The translations under genes were made by a program, and so were the position numbers. A stretch of 64,000 nucleotides of DNA from an uncultured Oscillospiraceae bacterium. Lineage in GTDB: Bacteria > Bacillota > Clostridia > Oscillospirales > Ruminococcaceae. Each line of letters starts with the position of its first letter. The stretch's first letter is position 1. The stretch covers positions 11,361-75,360 of the forward strand of contig CAYYLW010000002.1 of the NCBI GenBank assembly GCA_964472465.1. The letters are read 5' to 3'. Positions 36,080-46,027 of this stretch are shown piece after piece. Under the pieces are notes generated by a model. That model made no database searches, was not told the DNA's origin, and worked only from the letters and a program-made list of their open reading frames with translations.

Positions 36080-37549
36080 ATGAGTAGCAGTACTTTATTC
36101 GTAATTTTGATGGTTATCTATTTGGTTGGCACCGTTATATTTGGCGTTGTAAAGGCGAAAAAGCAAGATGAGGGTACCACGAAGGACTGGTTTGTGGGTG
36201 GTGGCAAGGTGTTTTGGGTTGCGGTGGGCTTTACCATTGCGGCCGCCTGGCTGGATATGGCCACCATCTTTTTAAACTCTGGCGAAGGTTATGTGGTGGG
36301 CATCTCGGCATTTTGGTACTTGGCCGGGGCAGAAATGGTGGCCTTCCTCATTATGACCTTCTTCTTTGCCAAACCCATTCGCAATACCGGCATGATTTCC
36401 CAGGGTGAGATGATGGAAAAACGCTTTACCCCGGCCATCCGCCCCTTTTATGCCATCATCTGGGTGTTTTCCCTCTGTGGCTACGCGGCACTCAGTTTCC
36501 TGGTCTTTAATGAGTTCTTGCAGTTCCTGTTTGGGGTAAACCAGTTTGTTTCGGCCGCTATCTGCTTGGTGGTGGTGTTGGCCTTCCAACTATTTGGCGG
36601 TTTTGCCGCCACCGTTTACGCCGATTATATCCAGGGCGCTTTAATCATCGTGGGTTCCATTGTACTGGGCATATTTGCGGTAAAGGCTGCCGGCGGTATG
36701 GGCAACATCGCCGCTGCCGTTCCGGCCGAATTTCTGAACCTCTTTGGTATTGGCGGCGGGGAAATATTGGCCCTTACGGTGCCCCTGATGCTGGCCTTTG
36801 TGATTGAGCCCACCCTTTGGATGCGGGTGGTTTCCTCCCGCAGCTTGCGCAGCGCACAAAAAGCCAACCTGTTTGCGTTTGTTGTGTACATCCCCGTGTG
36901 CATAGGCACCCTGCTTACCGGCCTGGCCGCCTATGTGCTGTACCCCAACTGGAATCAATCGCTGAATATGATTGCCGTGGATATGGCGGAAAACCTGTTC
37001 CCGGCCCCTGTTACCGCCATCATTTTTGTGGCCATTATTGCGGCGCTTATCTCCTCTTTCAACGCCTTCATGAGCGCCGCCAACATGAACCTCAGCTACG
37101 ATTTTATCCCCTCTATCTACGCGGCCATCAAGAAAAAGCCCTTCCCCGAAAACAAATACCGTTTTGTTAGCCGGATTGGCATGGTGGCCATCGCCTTCCT
37201 GGGCACCTTTATCGCCCTGTGGCTGCCTTCACTGGTGGAGATTCTGTCTTTCTCGGGCGCCTTGGCCGCTTCGGGCCTGTTCCTGCCGGTGTTCTGCATG
37301 TTCTTTAGCAAAAAGGTGAACACCACCGGCGCCATGGCCAGCTTCGTGGTGGGCTCGGCCTCCCAGCTCATCCTGTTTATTATAGACAAAGTCTCCACCA
37401 CGGGCGGGCTGGGCTTCGACGCATTCTTTGTCTCCTTCCCGCTGGCGTTTGTGGCCTTGCTTGTGGGCACCTACCTGGGTCGGCACAAACCACCCACGGC
37501 GGAACAACTGGCCCCCTTCGATATGAGCCGTTCTTCCGAGGCGAAATAA
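36080..37549 (+). CDS. sodium:solute symporter (SSS) family transporter
   Basis: 489 aa, about 13 TM segments, SSF-like sequence. Confidence 0.8.
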   Translation: MSSSTLFVILMVIYLVGTVIFGVVKAKKQDEGTTKDWFVGGGKVFWVAVGFTIAAAWLDMATIFLNSGEGYVVGISAFWYLAGAEMVAFLIMTFFFAKPIRNTGMISQGEMMEKRFTPAIRPFYAIIWVFSLCGYAALSFLVFNEFLQFLFGVNQFVSAAICLVVVLAFQLFGGFAATVYADYIQGALIIVGSIVLGIFAVKAAGGMGNIAAAVPAEFLNLFGIGGGEILALTVPLMLAFVIEPTLWMRVVSSRSLRSAQKANLFAFVVYIPVCIGTLLTGLAAYVLYPNWNQSLNMIAVDMAENLFPAPVTAIIFVAIIAALISSFNAFMSAANMNLSYDFIPSIYAAIKKKPFPENKYRFVSRIGMVAIAFLGTFIALWLPSLVEILSFSGALAASGLFLPVFCMFFSKKVNTTGAMASFVVGSASQLILFIIDKVSTTGGLGFDAFFVSFPLAFVALLVGTYLGRHKPPTAEQLAPFDMSRSSEAK

Positions 37550-37682
37550 ACGTTTTGCCCAAAGCAAGCAGGCTTCCTTGGCCAAGGCCTCCAAAGCATT
37601 CACCCAAAGGAAGGCCTGCTTGCTGCCATTCACTTATTGTCCCGCAGTGTACTGGGGATTCATACAAAAGGAGCGAAGGACT

Positions 37683-40535
37683 ATGGCAACTGTTAGAAAA
37701 ATTTTTCTCAAAGTAAACGGCGTGGAGCGGATGTTTATCTGTGATCCTGAACGGGATTCACTGGCAGACGTGCTTCGCCGCCAGGGCCTTACCGGCACCA
37801 AAGTGGGCTGTGGAACGGGCCAGTGTGGTGCTTGCTCTGTTATTCTAGATAAAAAAGTGGTGCGTGCCTGTGCACGCAAAATAAAAAGTGTACCCCAATA
37901 CAGCGAGATAACCACCATAGAGGGAATTGGCACCCCCACCAGCCTGCACCCGCTGCAATTGGCCTGGATTGCCTACAATGGCGTACAGTGCGGTTTTTGT
38001 GCGCCGGGATTCATCGTGTCTGCCTATGGCCTTCTGCAAGAAAACCAAAGCCCCACCCGGGAAGAGGTGCGGGACTGGTTCCGTACCCACCGCAACCTTT
38101 GCCGCTGCACGGGCTACAAGCACCAGGTAAACGCCGTAATGGCCGCCGCCGAAGTGATGCGCGGGGAAAAAACCATGGAGGACCTGCGGTATCAAATACC
38201 GCCGGACGGCCGCATCTATGGTACGGGGTTCCCGCGCCCATCCGCCGTGGCCAAGGTGACTGGCACCTGTGACTATGGGGATGACATCAACATAAAAATG
38301 CCGGATGGGGCTTTGCATCTGGCTTTGGTGCTGGCCCGTGTCAACCACGCCAAGGTGAAGCAGGTGGATTTTTCTGCGGCGGAAAAAATGCCGGGCTTTG
38401 TGCAGGCCATCACCTACAAAGATGTGAAAGGCACCAACCGCGTCTCCTTGCCCTCCGGTATGGCGCGTTGTGTGGCCGATGGTGTGGAGCGCCCGATTTT
38501 GACCGAGGACACGGTGTACCGCTATGGCGACGTGATTGCCATTGTGGCAGCCACCTCCCGGCGTGAAGCCCGAGACGCCGCTGCCAAGGTGCAGGTGGAG
38601 TACCAGGAAATGCCCGCCTATATGAATGCGCTGGACGCCATTGCCCCAGATGCGGAACCGATTCATTATTTCCCGAACCTGTACGCGGAATCTCCCCTTG
38701 TGGTGGGGGATGCCAAGAAGGCCATGGATGGCAGCGATTTTGTGGTGGAGAGCAGTTGCTACACCCAGCGCCAGCCCCATTTGGTCATTGAGCCGGACAC
38801 CGCTTTGTCCTATATCGACGAAGAGGGCCGGGTGACGGTGCAGTGCAAATCGCTGGACATCATCATTGCCATGGGCAGTTTGGCGGACGGCCTTGGTATT
38901 CCGCCGGAAAAAATGCGGATGATACAAAACAACACGGGTGCCAGCTTTGGCTACGCGGCCACGCCCTATACCCAGGCCGTTATGGCGGTGGCCGCCATTG
39001 CCACCCAGCGGCCTTGCTGCCTTACGCTGGATTACGAGGAACACCAGCACTTCACCGGAAAACGCATGCCCTGTTTTTCCAATGTGCGCATAGGCTGCGA
39101 CAAAGACGGCAAATTGACCGCGATGGAAGTGGAGGCACTGTACGACAAGGGCGCCTACACCGAGCTGACCGCGGGCATTTTGAAAGGTATGAAATTCATT
39201 GGAACGCCCTACACCATCCCCAATGCCACGGTGCTGACCAAAGCAACCGTAACCAACCACAATTTCACAACGGCTTTCCGTGCGTTTGGCTCCCCACAGG
39301 TGTACCCCGCGTTCGAACAGGCCATCGATGACTTAGCCGAAAAAGCCGGAATCGACCCACTGGAATTCCGCCGGAGGAATGTGTATAAAACCGGCGAGTT
39401 GTGCAGCACCGGGCACCCGATGGACATCTACACGATGGAGACCCTGTGTGACAATTTGAAACCCCGGTATCTGGCGGCCAAAGAGCGGGCTGCCAAGCAC
39501 AGCACCCCGGAAAAGCGCAGGGGCGTGGGCGTGGCCTGCGGGGTATACCATGCCAGCGCGGGGCCGCTGGACCGTAGCGAGGCCGCCCTTGAATTGAACG
39601 CGGACGGAAGCGTGACCTGTTTTAACACCTGGAGCGACCAAGGGCAGGGCGGGGATGTGGGCTCGGTTATCCACACGCATGAGGCGCTGAAGCCACTGGG
39701 CTTAAAGCCGGAGCAGATTCGCCTTGTGCAAAGTGACACTGCCATCTGCCCCCCCTCCGGCGGCGCTTACAGCAGCCGCTCGAACGTCATGGTAGGAAAT
39801 GCCATATTGGATGCCGCACGCCAATTGATGGAGGCCATGAAGAAGCCAGACGGCACCTGGCGCACCCATGCCGAGATGGTGGCCGAAGGAATCCCTGTTA
39901 AATATACCGGCGTGTTTGACCTGGCGGGTGTGGCGAACCTTTCTGCCCTAAACCCGAACGATGGCCAGGGAAACTTTTTCCTGATGTACACCTATGGCCT
40001 GTTCCTGGTAGAGGTGGAGGTGGACACGGCCAGCGGCAAAACACAGGTGCTTAGCGTGGATATGGAGGCCGACGTGGGGGTGGTTACCAACCCGCAATCT
40101 TTAGAAGGGCAGGCCTTTGGCGGTTTTGCGCAGGGCATTGGCATGGCGCTGAGCGAGGATTACGAGGACATGGAAAAGCACACCAGCCTGCTGGCCTGCG
40201 GCATTCCCACCATAGATATGGTGCCGGACGAGATGCATGTGCACCATGTGGAAACGCCCAGGGCCCTGGGGCCCCATGGCTCGGGCGGGGCGGCAGAACT
40301 TTACCTGACGGCACCGCACGCCGCCGTGCTGAATGCTTTACACAATGCCTGCGGTATCCGGGTGCGGGAACTGCCCGCCACGCCCGAAAAGGTATTGGCT
40401 GAGCTGAAAAAGAAAGCGGAAGGCGTGAACGAGCCCTACCGGCCATATTATTTGGGGGCCGATTTCCATGAGCGGATGCAAGAAATAAAGGAAAACCCTG
40501 TGCAGGTGGTTGAATTCAAAGGGTTCTCGGGCTAA
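37683..40535 (+). CDS. Mop-type molybdopterin aldehyde oxidoreductase (fused 2x[2Fe-2S] + Moco domains, no FAD domain)
   Basis: CGTGQCGACSV and CGFCAPGF...CRCTGY Fe-S motifs fused to an XDH-family a/b-hammerhead and Moco-binding domains. ATG at 37683 follows AAAGGAG. Confidence 0.85.
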   Translation: MATVRKIFLKVNGVERMFICDPERDSLADVLRRQGLTGTKVGCGTGQCGACSVILDKKVVRACARKIKSVPQYSEITTIEGIGTPTSLHPLQLAWIAYNGVQCGFCAPGFIVSAYGLLQENQSPTREEVRDWFRTHRNLCRCTGYKHQVNAVMAAAEVMRGEKTMEDLRYQIPPDGRIYGTGFPRPSAVAKVTGTCDYGDDINIKMPDGALHLALVLARVNHAKVKQVDFSAAEKMPGFVQAITYKDVKGTNRVSLPSGMARCVADGVERPILTEDTVYRYGDVIAIVAATSRREARDAAAKVQVEYQEMPAYMNALDAIAPDAEPIHYFPNLYAESPLVVGDAKKAMDGSDFVVESSCYTQRQPHLVIEPDTALSYIDEEGRVTVQCKSLDIIIAMGSLADGLGIPPEKMRMIQNNTGASFGYAATPYTQAVMAVAAIATQRPCCLTLDYEEHQHFTGKRMPCFSNVRIGCDKDGKLTAMEVEALYDKGAYTELTAGILKGMKFIGTPYTIPNATVLTKATVTNHNFTTAFRAFGSPQVYPAFEQAIDDLAEKAGIDPLEFRRRNVYKTGELCSTGHPMDIYTMETLCDNLKPRYLAAKERAAKHSTPEKRRGVGVACGVYHASAGPLDRSEAALELNADGSVTCFNTWSDQGQGGDVGSVIHTHEALKPLGLKPEQIRLVQSDTAICPPSGGAYSSRSNVMVGNAILDAARQLMEAMKKPDGTWRTHAEMVAEGIPVKYTGVFDLAGVANLSALNPNDGQGNFFLMYTYGLFLVEVEVDTASGKTQVLSVDMEADVGVVTNPQSLEGQAFGGFAQGIGMALSEDYEDMEKHTSLLACGIPTIDMVPDEMHVHHVETPRALGPHGSGGAAELYLTAPHAAVLNALHNACGIRVRELPATPEKVLAELKKKAEGVNEPYRPYYLGADFHERMQEIKENPVQVVEFKGFSG

Positions 40536-40623
40536 AATGGGCCTAGCGGCTCACACCAAATGGTTGCGGCGCGTATGCGCCGCAACCTATGTTTTATTCT
40601 AATGGCAGCAAGGGGGCTTACCG

Positions 40624-42915
40624 GTGGAAGAAAACCAGCCAGAGATGAGGGTGTTTGAGCAAAAACACAATTGCGTGCAGGGAGAAGCGCCTTTTTGCAC
40701 GGCGGCCTGCCCGCTTCACGTGGATGTGCGCCTGATGATGGCACATATTCAAAAAGAAAACTGGGAGGCCGCCCTTGAGCTGTACCGCAGTGCGGTGTTG
40801 CTTCCGGGCATCGTGTCCCGCCTGTGTACGAAGCCTTGCCGCGGTGCTTGTTTACGGGCCAAAATGGGTGATGGGCTGGAGATAGGCTTGCTGGAACGCT
40901 GCCTGGTGGAAACGGTTCCCCTTCCCCCCAAAAACCGGTTTATTCGCCCCAAAAATCAATCGGCCATCGTGGTGGGCGCAGGGCTTGCGGGGATAGCCTG
41001 TGCCCTGACGCTGGCGCAAAAAGGGTTTTTGGTTACCCTGCATGCGAACGGAGCCTACCCCGGCGGTGCCGCCGTGATGCATCCCTTGCTGGATACGACG
41101 GCCGCCATTACAGAGATAAAAACCAAACTGGAAAGCTGCGGCGTAAGCCTGCGGCTTTCCAGCCCTGTGGACGCCCCAGAAAATCTGCCGGCCGATGTGG
41201 TGCTGTTGGCGGAGGAAGAGGACGCCGCGGTGCCCGGCGGTTTGCTGGCGGGGGCTGGCGTTCCGCTGGTGCAGAACAAAGCCGACCCCCACATTTTTTA
41301 TGCCACTTACCTCCCCACGCCAGAGCGTGCCCTGGCCCAGGGAAAACAGGCGGCCAGGGCCATGGAACAGTATCTGGGGGGGCTTACTTTTCCGGTGCTG
41401 GAAGCCGCTGAACCCAAAACACGCCTATACACCCCCCTGGCCCAGGGTTTGGCGCCGCTACCGGCCACCGCCCCCGGCGAAACCGGCGCTTATACCCGCC
41501 AGCAGGCTCAAGAGGAGGCCCGGCGCTGCCCGCTTTGTGAATGCAAAGCCTGCCTGCCGCACTGTTTGTTTTTGCAGGAGGGCAAACAGCACCCCAAGCA
41601 ATATATTGTGGAAGCGCAGCAAAGCCTACGCACCCTGAAGCTTCTGCAAAGCAAGCTAAAGGCACGCCGCACCAACGCCTGCAACCTCTGTGGCCTTTGC
41701 CGGGAGTATTGCCCCGGCGGCGTGGACATGAGCGAGGTCTATCTGTACAGCCGCCGCATCATGCACAGGCAGGGGGAACTGCCGGAGGCATTCCATGCAT
41801 TTTGGCTGGAGGACATGGCGTTTTCCCAATCGGAAGAAGCCTTTCTGTGCAAGGCGGAGCCCGGGTTTGAGACGGTAGAGTATTTGTTCTTTCCCGGCTG
41901 CCAACTGGGGGGTGTGCAGCCAAGCCAGCTACAGCAGGTGTATGCGTACCTCAGGGAGCATCTTGGGGGCGGGGTGGGTATGCACCTGGGCTGTTGCGGC
42001 GCGCCCGCCGAATGGGCCGGTTATGAGGAACAGACACAGGAACTGCTGGAACATTTCCGCGCCCTGCACGCCAAACTGGGAAACCCGGTGGTGATACTGG
42101 CCTGCCCAAGCTGTGAGAAACTGTTTGCCAAATATCACGCGGACATACGGCGGATGCCGCTGTGGCAGGTGTTTTGCGAACAGGGCCTGCCCCAGGGCGC
42201 CCGGCCTGCGCAGCAGCAAGAGGTGGCCGTGTTCGACCCTTGCGCCAGCCGGTATAGCCCCCCCACGCAGGGCTATGCCCGCCGTTTGCTAAAGCAGATG
42301 GGGTACGCGGTGCAAGAGCTTCCCCACCATGGCCGCTATGCCCAATGCTGTGGGCACGGGGGGCTTATTTCGGCCTCCAACCCCCAAATGGCAAAGCGGG
42401 TGGCGGCCGATAGGGTGGCGGCCAGCAGCCTGCCGTATGTAAGCTATTGCACCAATTGCTGCGAAATTTTCCGGCGGGAGGGAAAAACAGCGTGGCATTT
42501 GCTGGATTTGTTGTTTGGGGCGGATGCCCAAAACGCGGCGGGGAGCCTGGCGCTCAGCTACTCGGCCCGGCGCGATAACCGCAGGAAACTCAAACAGACC
42601 CTGCTGAACACCTATTGGGGGGAGGCGTTTTCACTGGAAAAACCACAGGAATGGCTGGGCCTTGCGCTGGAGATACCCGGTGCTTTGCGCACGAAAATGG
42701 AAGAGCATTTGATTTTAGAAGAGAATATCCAGCAGGCCATTTACCGCGCGGAAGCCAACCAAAGCAAACTGGCCCAGGGGGAACAGTTCATCTGCCACTT
42801 ACAGATAGGGGTGGTTACCTACTGGGTTTATTACCACCCCCTGCCAGGCGGGCGGTTTGCCGTGGATAATGCGTATTGCCACCGTATGCAAATTGTAGAG
42901 GAGGCACCCAAATGA
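40624..42915 (+). CDS. fused GltD-like FAD/NAD(P) oxidoreductase, 4Fe-4S and two CCG (HdrD/GlpC-like) domains
   Basis: Cys-rich N-terminus (CTAACPLH, CTKPCRGAC), GxGxxG (VVGAGLAGIA), CNLCGLCREYCP, and CCG motifs LGCCGAP and AQCCGHGG. Confidence 0.75.
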   Translation: MEENQPEMRVFEQKHNCVQGEAPFCTAACPLHVDVRLMMAHIQKENWEAALELYRSAVLLPGIVSRLCTKPCRGACLRAKMGDGLEIGLLERCLVETVPLPPKNRFIRPKNQSAIVVGAGLAGIACALTLAQKGFLVTLHANGAYPGGAAVMHPLLDTTAAITEIKTKLESCGVSLRLSSPVDAPENLPADVVLLAEEEDAAVPGGLLAGAGVPLVQNKADPHIFYATYLPTPERALAQGKQAARAMEQYLGGLTFPVLEAAEPKTRLYTPLAQGLAPLPATAPGETGAYTRQQAQEEARRCPLCECKACLPHCLFLQEGKQHPKQYIVEAQQSLRTLKLLQSKLKARRTNACNLCGLCREYCPGGVDMSEVYLYSRRIMHRQGELPEAFHAFWLEDMAFSQSEEAFLCKAEPGFETVEYLFFPGCQLGGVQPSQLQQVYAYLREHLGGGVGMHLGCCGAPAEWAGYEEQTQELLEHFRALHAKLGNPVVILACPSCEKLFAKYHADIRRMPLWQVFCEQGLPQGARPAQQQEVAVFDPCASRYSPPTQGYARRLLKQMGYAVQELPHHGRYAQCCGHGGLISASNPQMAKRVAADRVAASSLPYVSYCTNCCEIFRREGKTAWHLLDLLFGADAQNAAGSLALSYSARRDNRRKLKQTLLNTYWGEAFSLEKPQEWLGLALEIPGALRTKMEEHLILEENIQQAIYRAEANQSKLAQGEQFICHLQIGVVTYWVYYHPLPGGRFAVDNAYCHRMQIVEEAPK

Positions 42916-43106
42916 GCGAAGCGCAGCAGCTACTGTGTATGAAATGCCAAGTGCCCTTGGAGCTGGCCCCCGTGGATTTATGTTACCTGGGGCACAGTTT
43001 TACGCAGGAATTGCCCCGGTGCCCCCGTTGCGGCCAAATGCTGGTGCCAGAAGAGCTGGTGCAGGACAAAATTCAGCCCGTGGAAATTACGCTGGAAGAT
43101 AAATAG
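42912..43106 (+). CDS. 64-aa Zn-ribbon protein (CxxC...CPRC)
   Basis: MSEAQQLLCMKCQVPLE...LPRCPRCGQ. ATGA overlap with the upstream gene suggests translational coupling. Confidence 0.6.
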   Translation: MSEAQQLLCMKCQVPLELAPVDLCYLGHSFTQELPRCPRCGQMLVPEELVQDKIQPVEITLEDK

Positions 43107-43124
43107 ACCCCGGTTTTCAAGCCC

Positions 43125-43814
43125 TCACACTTTGGCCCAAACGCCATAGGCATAGCCAAGGCCGCTTTTTGGGCCCCCAGGTTCCATGCCCATAGCCTGC
43201 CAAACCGGGGAAGACGAGCCATACTCCCACAGCAGTTTGGCCGTAAAAGCGCGCAGATGGGGCGTGGCATCCTCCCAAACCAAAGGGGAGAAGCCCGCTT
43301 TTTTTGCCAGTGTGGCCCATTGTTCCCGGCTTTTGGCCCAGATGGGGGAGGCGGCGCTATCCTGGGGGGAGTTGCCGGGGGAAACGGGCTTATAAAAATC
43401 GGTGACAATCCATTTCCCGCCGGGTTTTAGAACACGGTGTATTTCTTTCCATACCCTATAGGGGTCTTCAAACAGGCAGCAGGTACACTCGCATATCGCG
43501 GCGTCAAAATAGGCGTCACCCCAGGGGATGCTTTCCGCCCTGCCCTCGCGCAGGTCAAGCTGGGGGTAACGCTGTTTTGCTTTTTCCAGCAAAGCGGCGG
43601 CACTGTCCAGCCCCGCCACAAGGTAGCCCTGGGCGCCCAGGGCACCGGCCGTTTCGCCCAGGCCGCAGCCCACATCCAGCAGGCTCTGGCCTTTTTCCAG
43701 CCCGGCCGCCTGTACCGCCTGGTTTGTCAAAGCAAGGCCGCCGGGCCGAAGCGTTCGGCCCAGGCAGGCCTGGAAGGCGTCCTCCTCGTAGATGTTGTGG
43801 GTAAGCAAAGCCAT
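43125..43814 (-). CDS. class I SAM-dependent methyltransferase
   Basis: SAM motif I LLDVGCGLGE and post-I LVAGLD. ATG at 43814 follows AAGGGGG. The longer ORF-track N-terminus (to 44048) is unlikely. Confidence 0.8.
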   Translation of the reverse strand: MALLTHNIYEEDAFQACLGRTLRPGGLALTNQAVQAAGLEKGQSLLDVGCGLGETAGALGAQGYLVAGLDSAAALLEKAKQRYPQLDLREGRAESIPWGDAYFDAAICECTCCLFEDPYRVWKEIHRVLKPGGKWIVTDFYKPVSPGNSPQDSAASPIWAKSREQWATLAKKAGFSPLVWEDATPHLRAFTAKLLWEYGSSSPVWQAMGMEPGGPKSGLGYAYGVWAKV

Positions 43815-43925
43815 GACCCCCTTTTTGGCGCTGTGGTTTGGGTGGTGATGGATGGTGCCAGCAAGGGCTAAGCCAGCGTGTTTTTGCGCCGCAGCTGGCC
43901 CCATTTTTACCGTAGGAGGGGCGCT

Positions 43926-45182
43926 ATGAGCCCAGTGAAAAAGCAGGACGGGTGTGATTCTTTTTGGATGGAACCGTGGCTGGACAGCCTTTGCCCGGCC
44001 AGTTCCCCCGTGAAGCTGGCCCGGTGGCAGGAGGAAAAAGCGAAACAAGCCATCCTACGCGCCAAAGCGTGTAGCCCTTTTTACCAGCAGCACCTCGCCA
44101 AAGTTTCGGCCTTGGATATGGCGCGGCCCAACTGGCTGGCCCAAATTCCGTTTACGGATGCGGCCACCATTTCAAAACAAGGGCCGGGGATGCTGTGTGT
44201 GCCGGCCCATGAGGTAGCCCGCATTCGCAGCATTCCCACATCGGGCAGCACGGGCCCGGCCAAGCGTATTTTTTTCACCGAGGGAGACCTGGACAGGACG
44301 GCCCGGTTTTTTGACGCCGGAATGCGGCATATGGTGCAGCCGGGGCAAGAGGTTGCGGTGATGATGTCCAGCCCGCAAGAGGGAAGCGTTGCCGATTTGC
44401 TGGAAAAAGGGCTGGAGCGTTTTGGGGCCAAAGCGCGATTCTGCGGCCAGGTGCACAATGCCGAGCAGGCGGCCCAGGAGGCTTTGGGGGCGGCCTGCTT
44501 GGTGGGTTTGCCCTCGGAGATGCTATACCTTTGCCGCAAGGCCCCCCATCTGCGCCCCAAAACCGTGCTCCTCAGTGCCGATTATGTCTCCCCAGCCGTG
44601 GTGCAAGCCTTGCAGCAGGCCTGGGGTTGCCAAGTGTTTTCGCATTATGGGCTCACCGAGACGGGCTATGGTTTGGCCGTGCAGTGCCCCTGCCGGGAGG
44701 GCCACCACCTGCGGGCGGCGGAATTTTTGGTGGAAATTATCTGCCCCAAAACCGGGGCGGTGTTGCCCGTAGGGCAGGAGGGGGAACTGGTGCTTACCAG
44801 TCTGTGCAATGAGGCGCTGCCCCTGCTGCGCTACCGCACCGGAGACATCACCTCGCTGCTGGCCCAGCCCTGCCCCTGTGGCAGTGTGCACCCCCGCCTG
44901 GGGCCGGTGCGGGGCCGGTATACCCACCTGCAAGAGGCGGTGAACATCTATAGGCTGGATGACCTGCTCTTTTCCCTACCGGGTATGGTGGGCTATGAGG
45001 CAAGCTGGGAGAGGGAAACCCTTTGCCTGCTGGTGGAGGGCCCGGTTCTCCCGGAGCAGGAATTGCGAGACCGGCTGGGTGTTCCGCTGAAGGTGGAGTA
45101 CGGCCCGGTCAAGCTGGGCGGCCGCGAAAAGCGGCGGGTGGGCGGCGCGTTTTATGGCGGTGAACCGGCAAAACACGGATGA
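43926..45182 (+). CDS. PaaK/F390-synthetase-like AMP-dependent ligase
   Basis: Blocks TSGSTGPAKRIFF (AMP-binding P-loop), YGLTETG and YRTGD. ATG at 43926 follows AGGAGGGG. Confidence 0.8.
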   Translation: MSPVKKQDGCDSFWMEPWLDSLCPASSPVKLARWQEEKAKQAILRAKACSPFYQQHLAKVSALDMARPNWLAQIPFTDAATISKQGPGMLCVPAHEVARIRSIPTSGSTGPAKRIFFTEGDLDRTARFFDAGMRHMVQPGQEVAVMMSSPQEGSVADLLEKGLERFGAKARFCGQVHNAEQAAQEALGAACLVGLPSEMLYLCRKAPHLRPKTVLLSADYVSPAVVQALQQAWGCQVFSHYGLTETGYGLAVQCPCREGHHLRAAEFLVEIICPKTGAVLPVGQEGELVLTSLCNEALPLLRYRTGDITSLLAQPCPCGSVHPRLGPVRGRYTHLQEAVNIYRLDDLLFSLPGMVGYEASWERETLCLLVEGPVLPEQELRDRLGVPLKVEYGPVKLGGREKRRVGGAFYGGEPAKHG

Positions 45183-45234
45183 CCCGCAACCCGCCTTGCC
45201 GCCGTAGATGGCGCAGGGGCCAGGGTGGGGCGGC

Positions 45235-45984
45235 CTACCGGCTTTCCGCTAAGCGGGCCACCACGATGTAACGCTGGTCGCCCCCCACCAACTGCACACA
45301 GGTGGACATCACCAGGAAGCGGTCTTGGCTGGTGGTGTTTTCTAAGGCGAGGTTCGCGCCGGGGGCTTCGGCCATCCAGGTGATAAAATCTTGCAAAGCG
45401 CCAGGGCGCGAAAAATCTTTCCTATACAGGATGTTTTCGTCGCCCGTGGTAAAGGCGGCCACCACCTCGTAGCGGTTTTGCGACGTGGGGCTATAGAGGA
45501 ACACTTCCCGGTTCTGGGCGAAATACGCCGGGTCCTTGTACCGGTGGAGCTGGGTGAAGAAGGTGTCTTCGGAGGTGAAATGCCCATAGGCCACCGTCAC
45601 GGGGTCCCTAAAATCCTCGCTGTTGCCCATGTCTATAAAAATGGCCCCCCATTTGCTGGGCTGGCCCTCGGCGCTGGTGCGCAGGTAAAGGCTGTTGTCC
45701 ACCCCGCGCATCACGGGGTAATCTATCACCGTGCCGGGCACTTCTATCCAGCCAATGGTGTCCGCATTGCCAGCCTGCAAGGCGGCAAAATCCAGCCCGG
45801 TGCGAAACGGCTCCCGTGGTGCCGGGGCAGAGGAGGACGGCGGGGCGGTGGCCGCAGGTTCGGGCAGAACAGAAGAGGCGGGGGGCGGTTTTGCGGTTTG
45901 GCAACCGGCCAGGCCCGGCAGGAACAGGCAAGCGGCCAGCAGGGCCAGGGCGTTTGTGCGCCAAGGGCAGGGGGGCTTTGGCAT
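45235..45984 (-). CDS. class B sortase-like transpeptidase
   Basis: Blocks GWIEVPGTVIDYPVM, AYGHF, and catalytic-Cys LVMSTC...RYIVVARL. N-terminal signal with LAGC lipobox. Confidence 0.6.
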   Translation of the reverse strand: MPKPPCPWRTNALALLAACLFLPGLAGCQTAKPPPASSVLPEPAATAPPSSSAPAPREPFRTGLDFAALQAGNADTIGWIEVPGTVIDYPVMRGVDNSLYLRTSAEGQPSKWGAIFIDMGNSEDFRDPVTVAYGHFTSEDTFFTQLHRYKDPAYFAQNREVFLYSPTSQNRYEVVAAFTTGDENILYRKDFSRPGALQDFITWMAEAPGANLALENTTSQDRFLVMSTCVQLVGGDQRYIVVARLAESR

Positions 45985-46027
45985 GGGGAACTGTCCTTTC
46001 CTCGGGATAAAAAGCAGGGCAGGGCCC

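Noticed and set aside
37845-39260. 471-aa minus-strand ORF, and similar long antisense ORFs (55210-56307, 56414-57340, 61565-62794, 35259-36032, 9467-10141)
   Set aside because: All lie opposite genes with strong family motifs. They are His/Gly/Arg-rich, lack SD sites, and have no recognisable domains.
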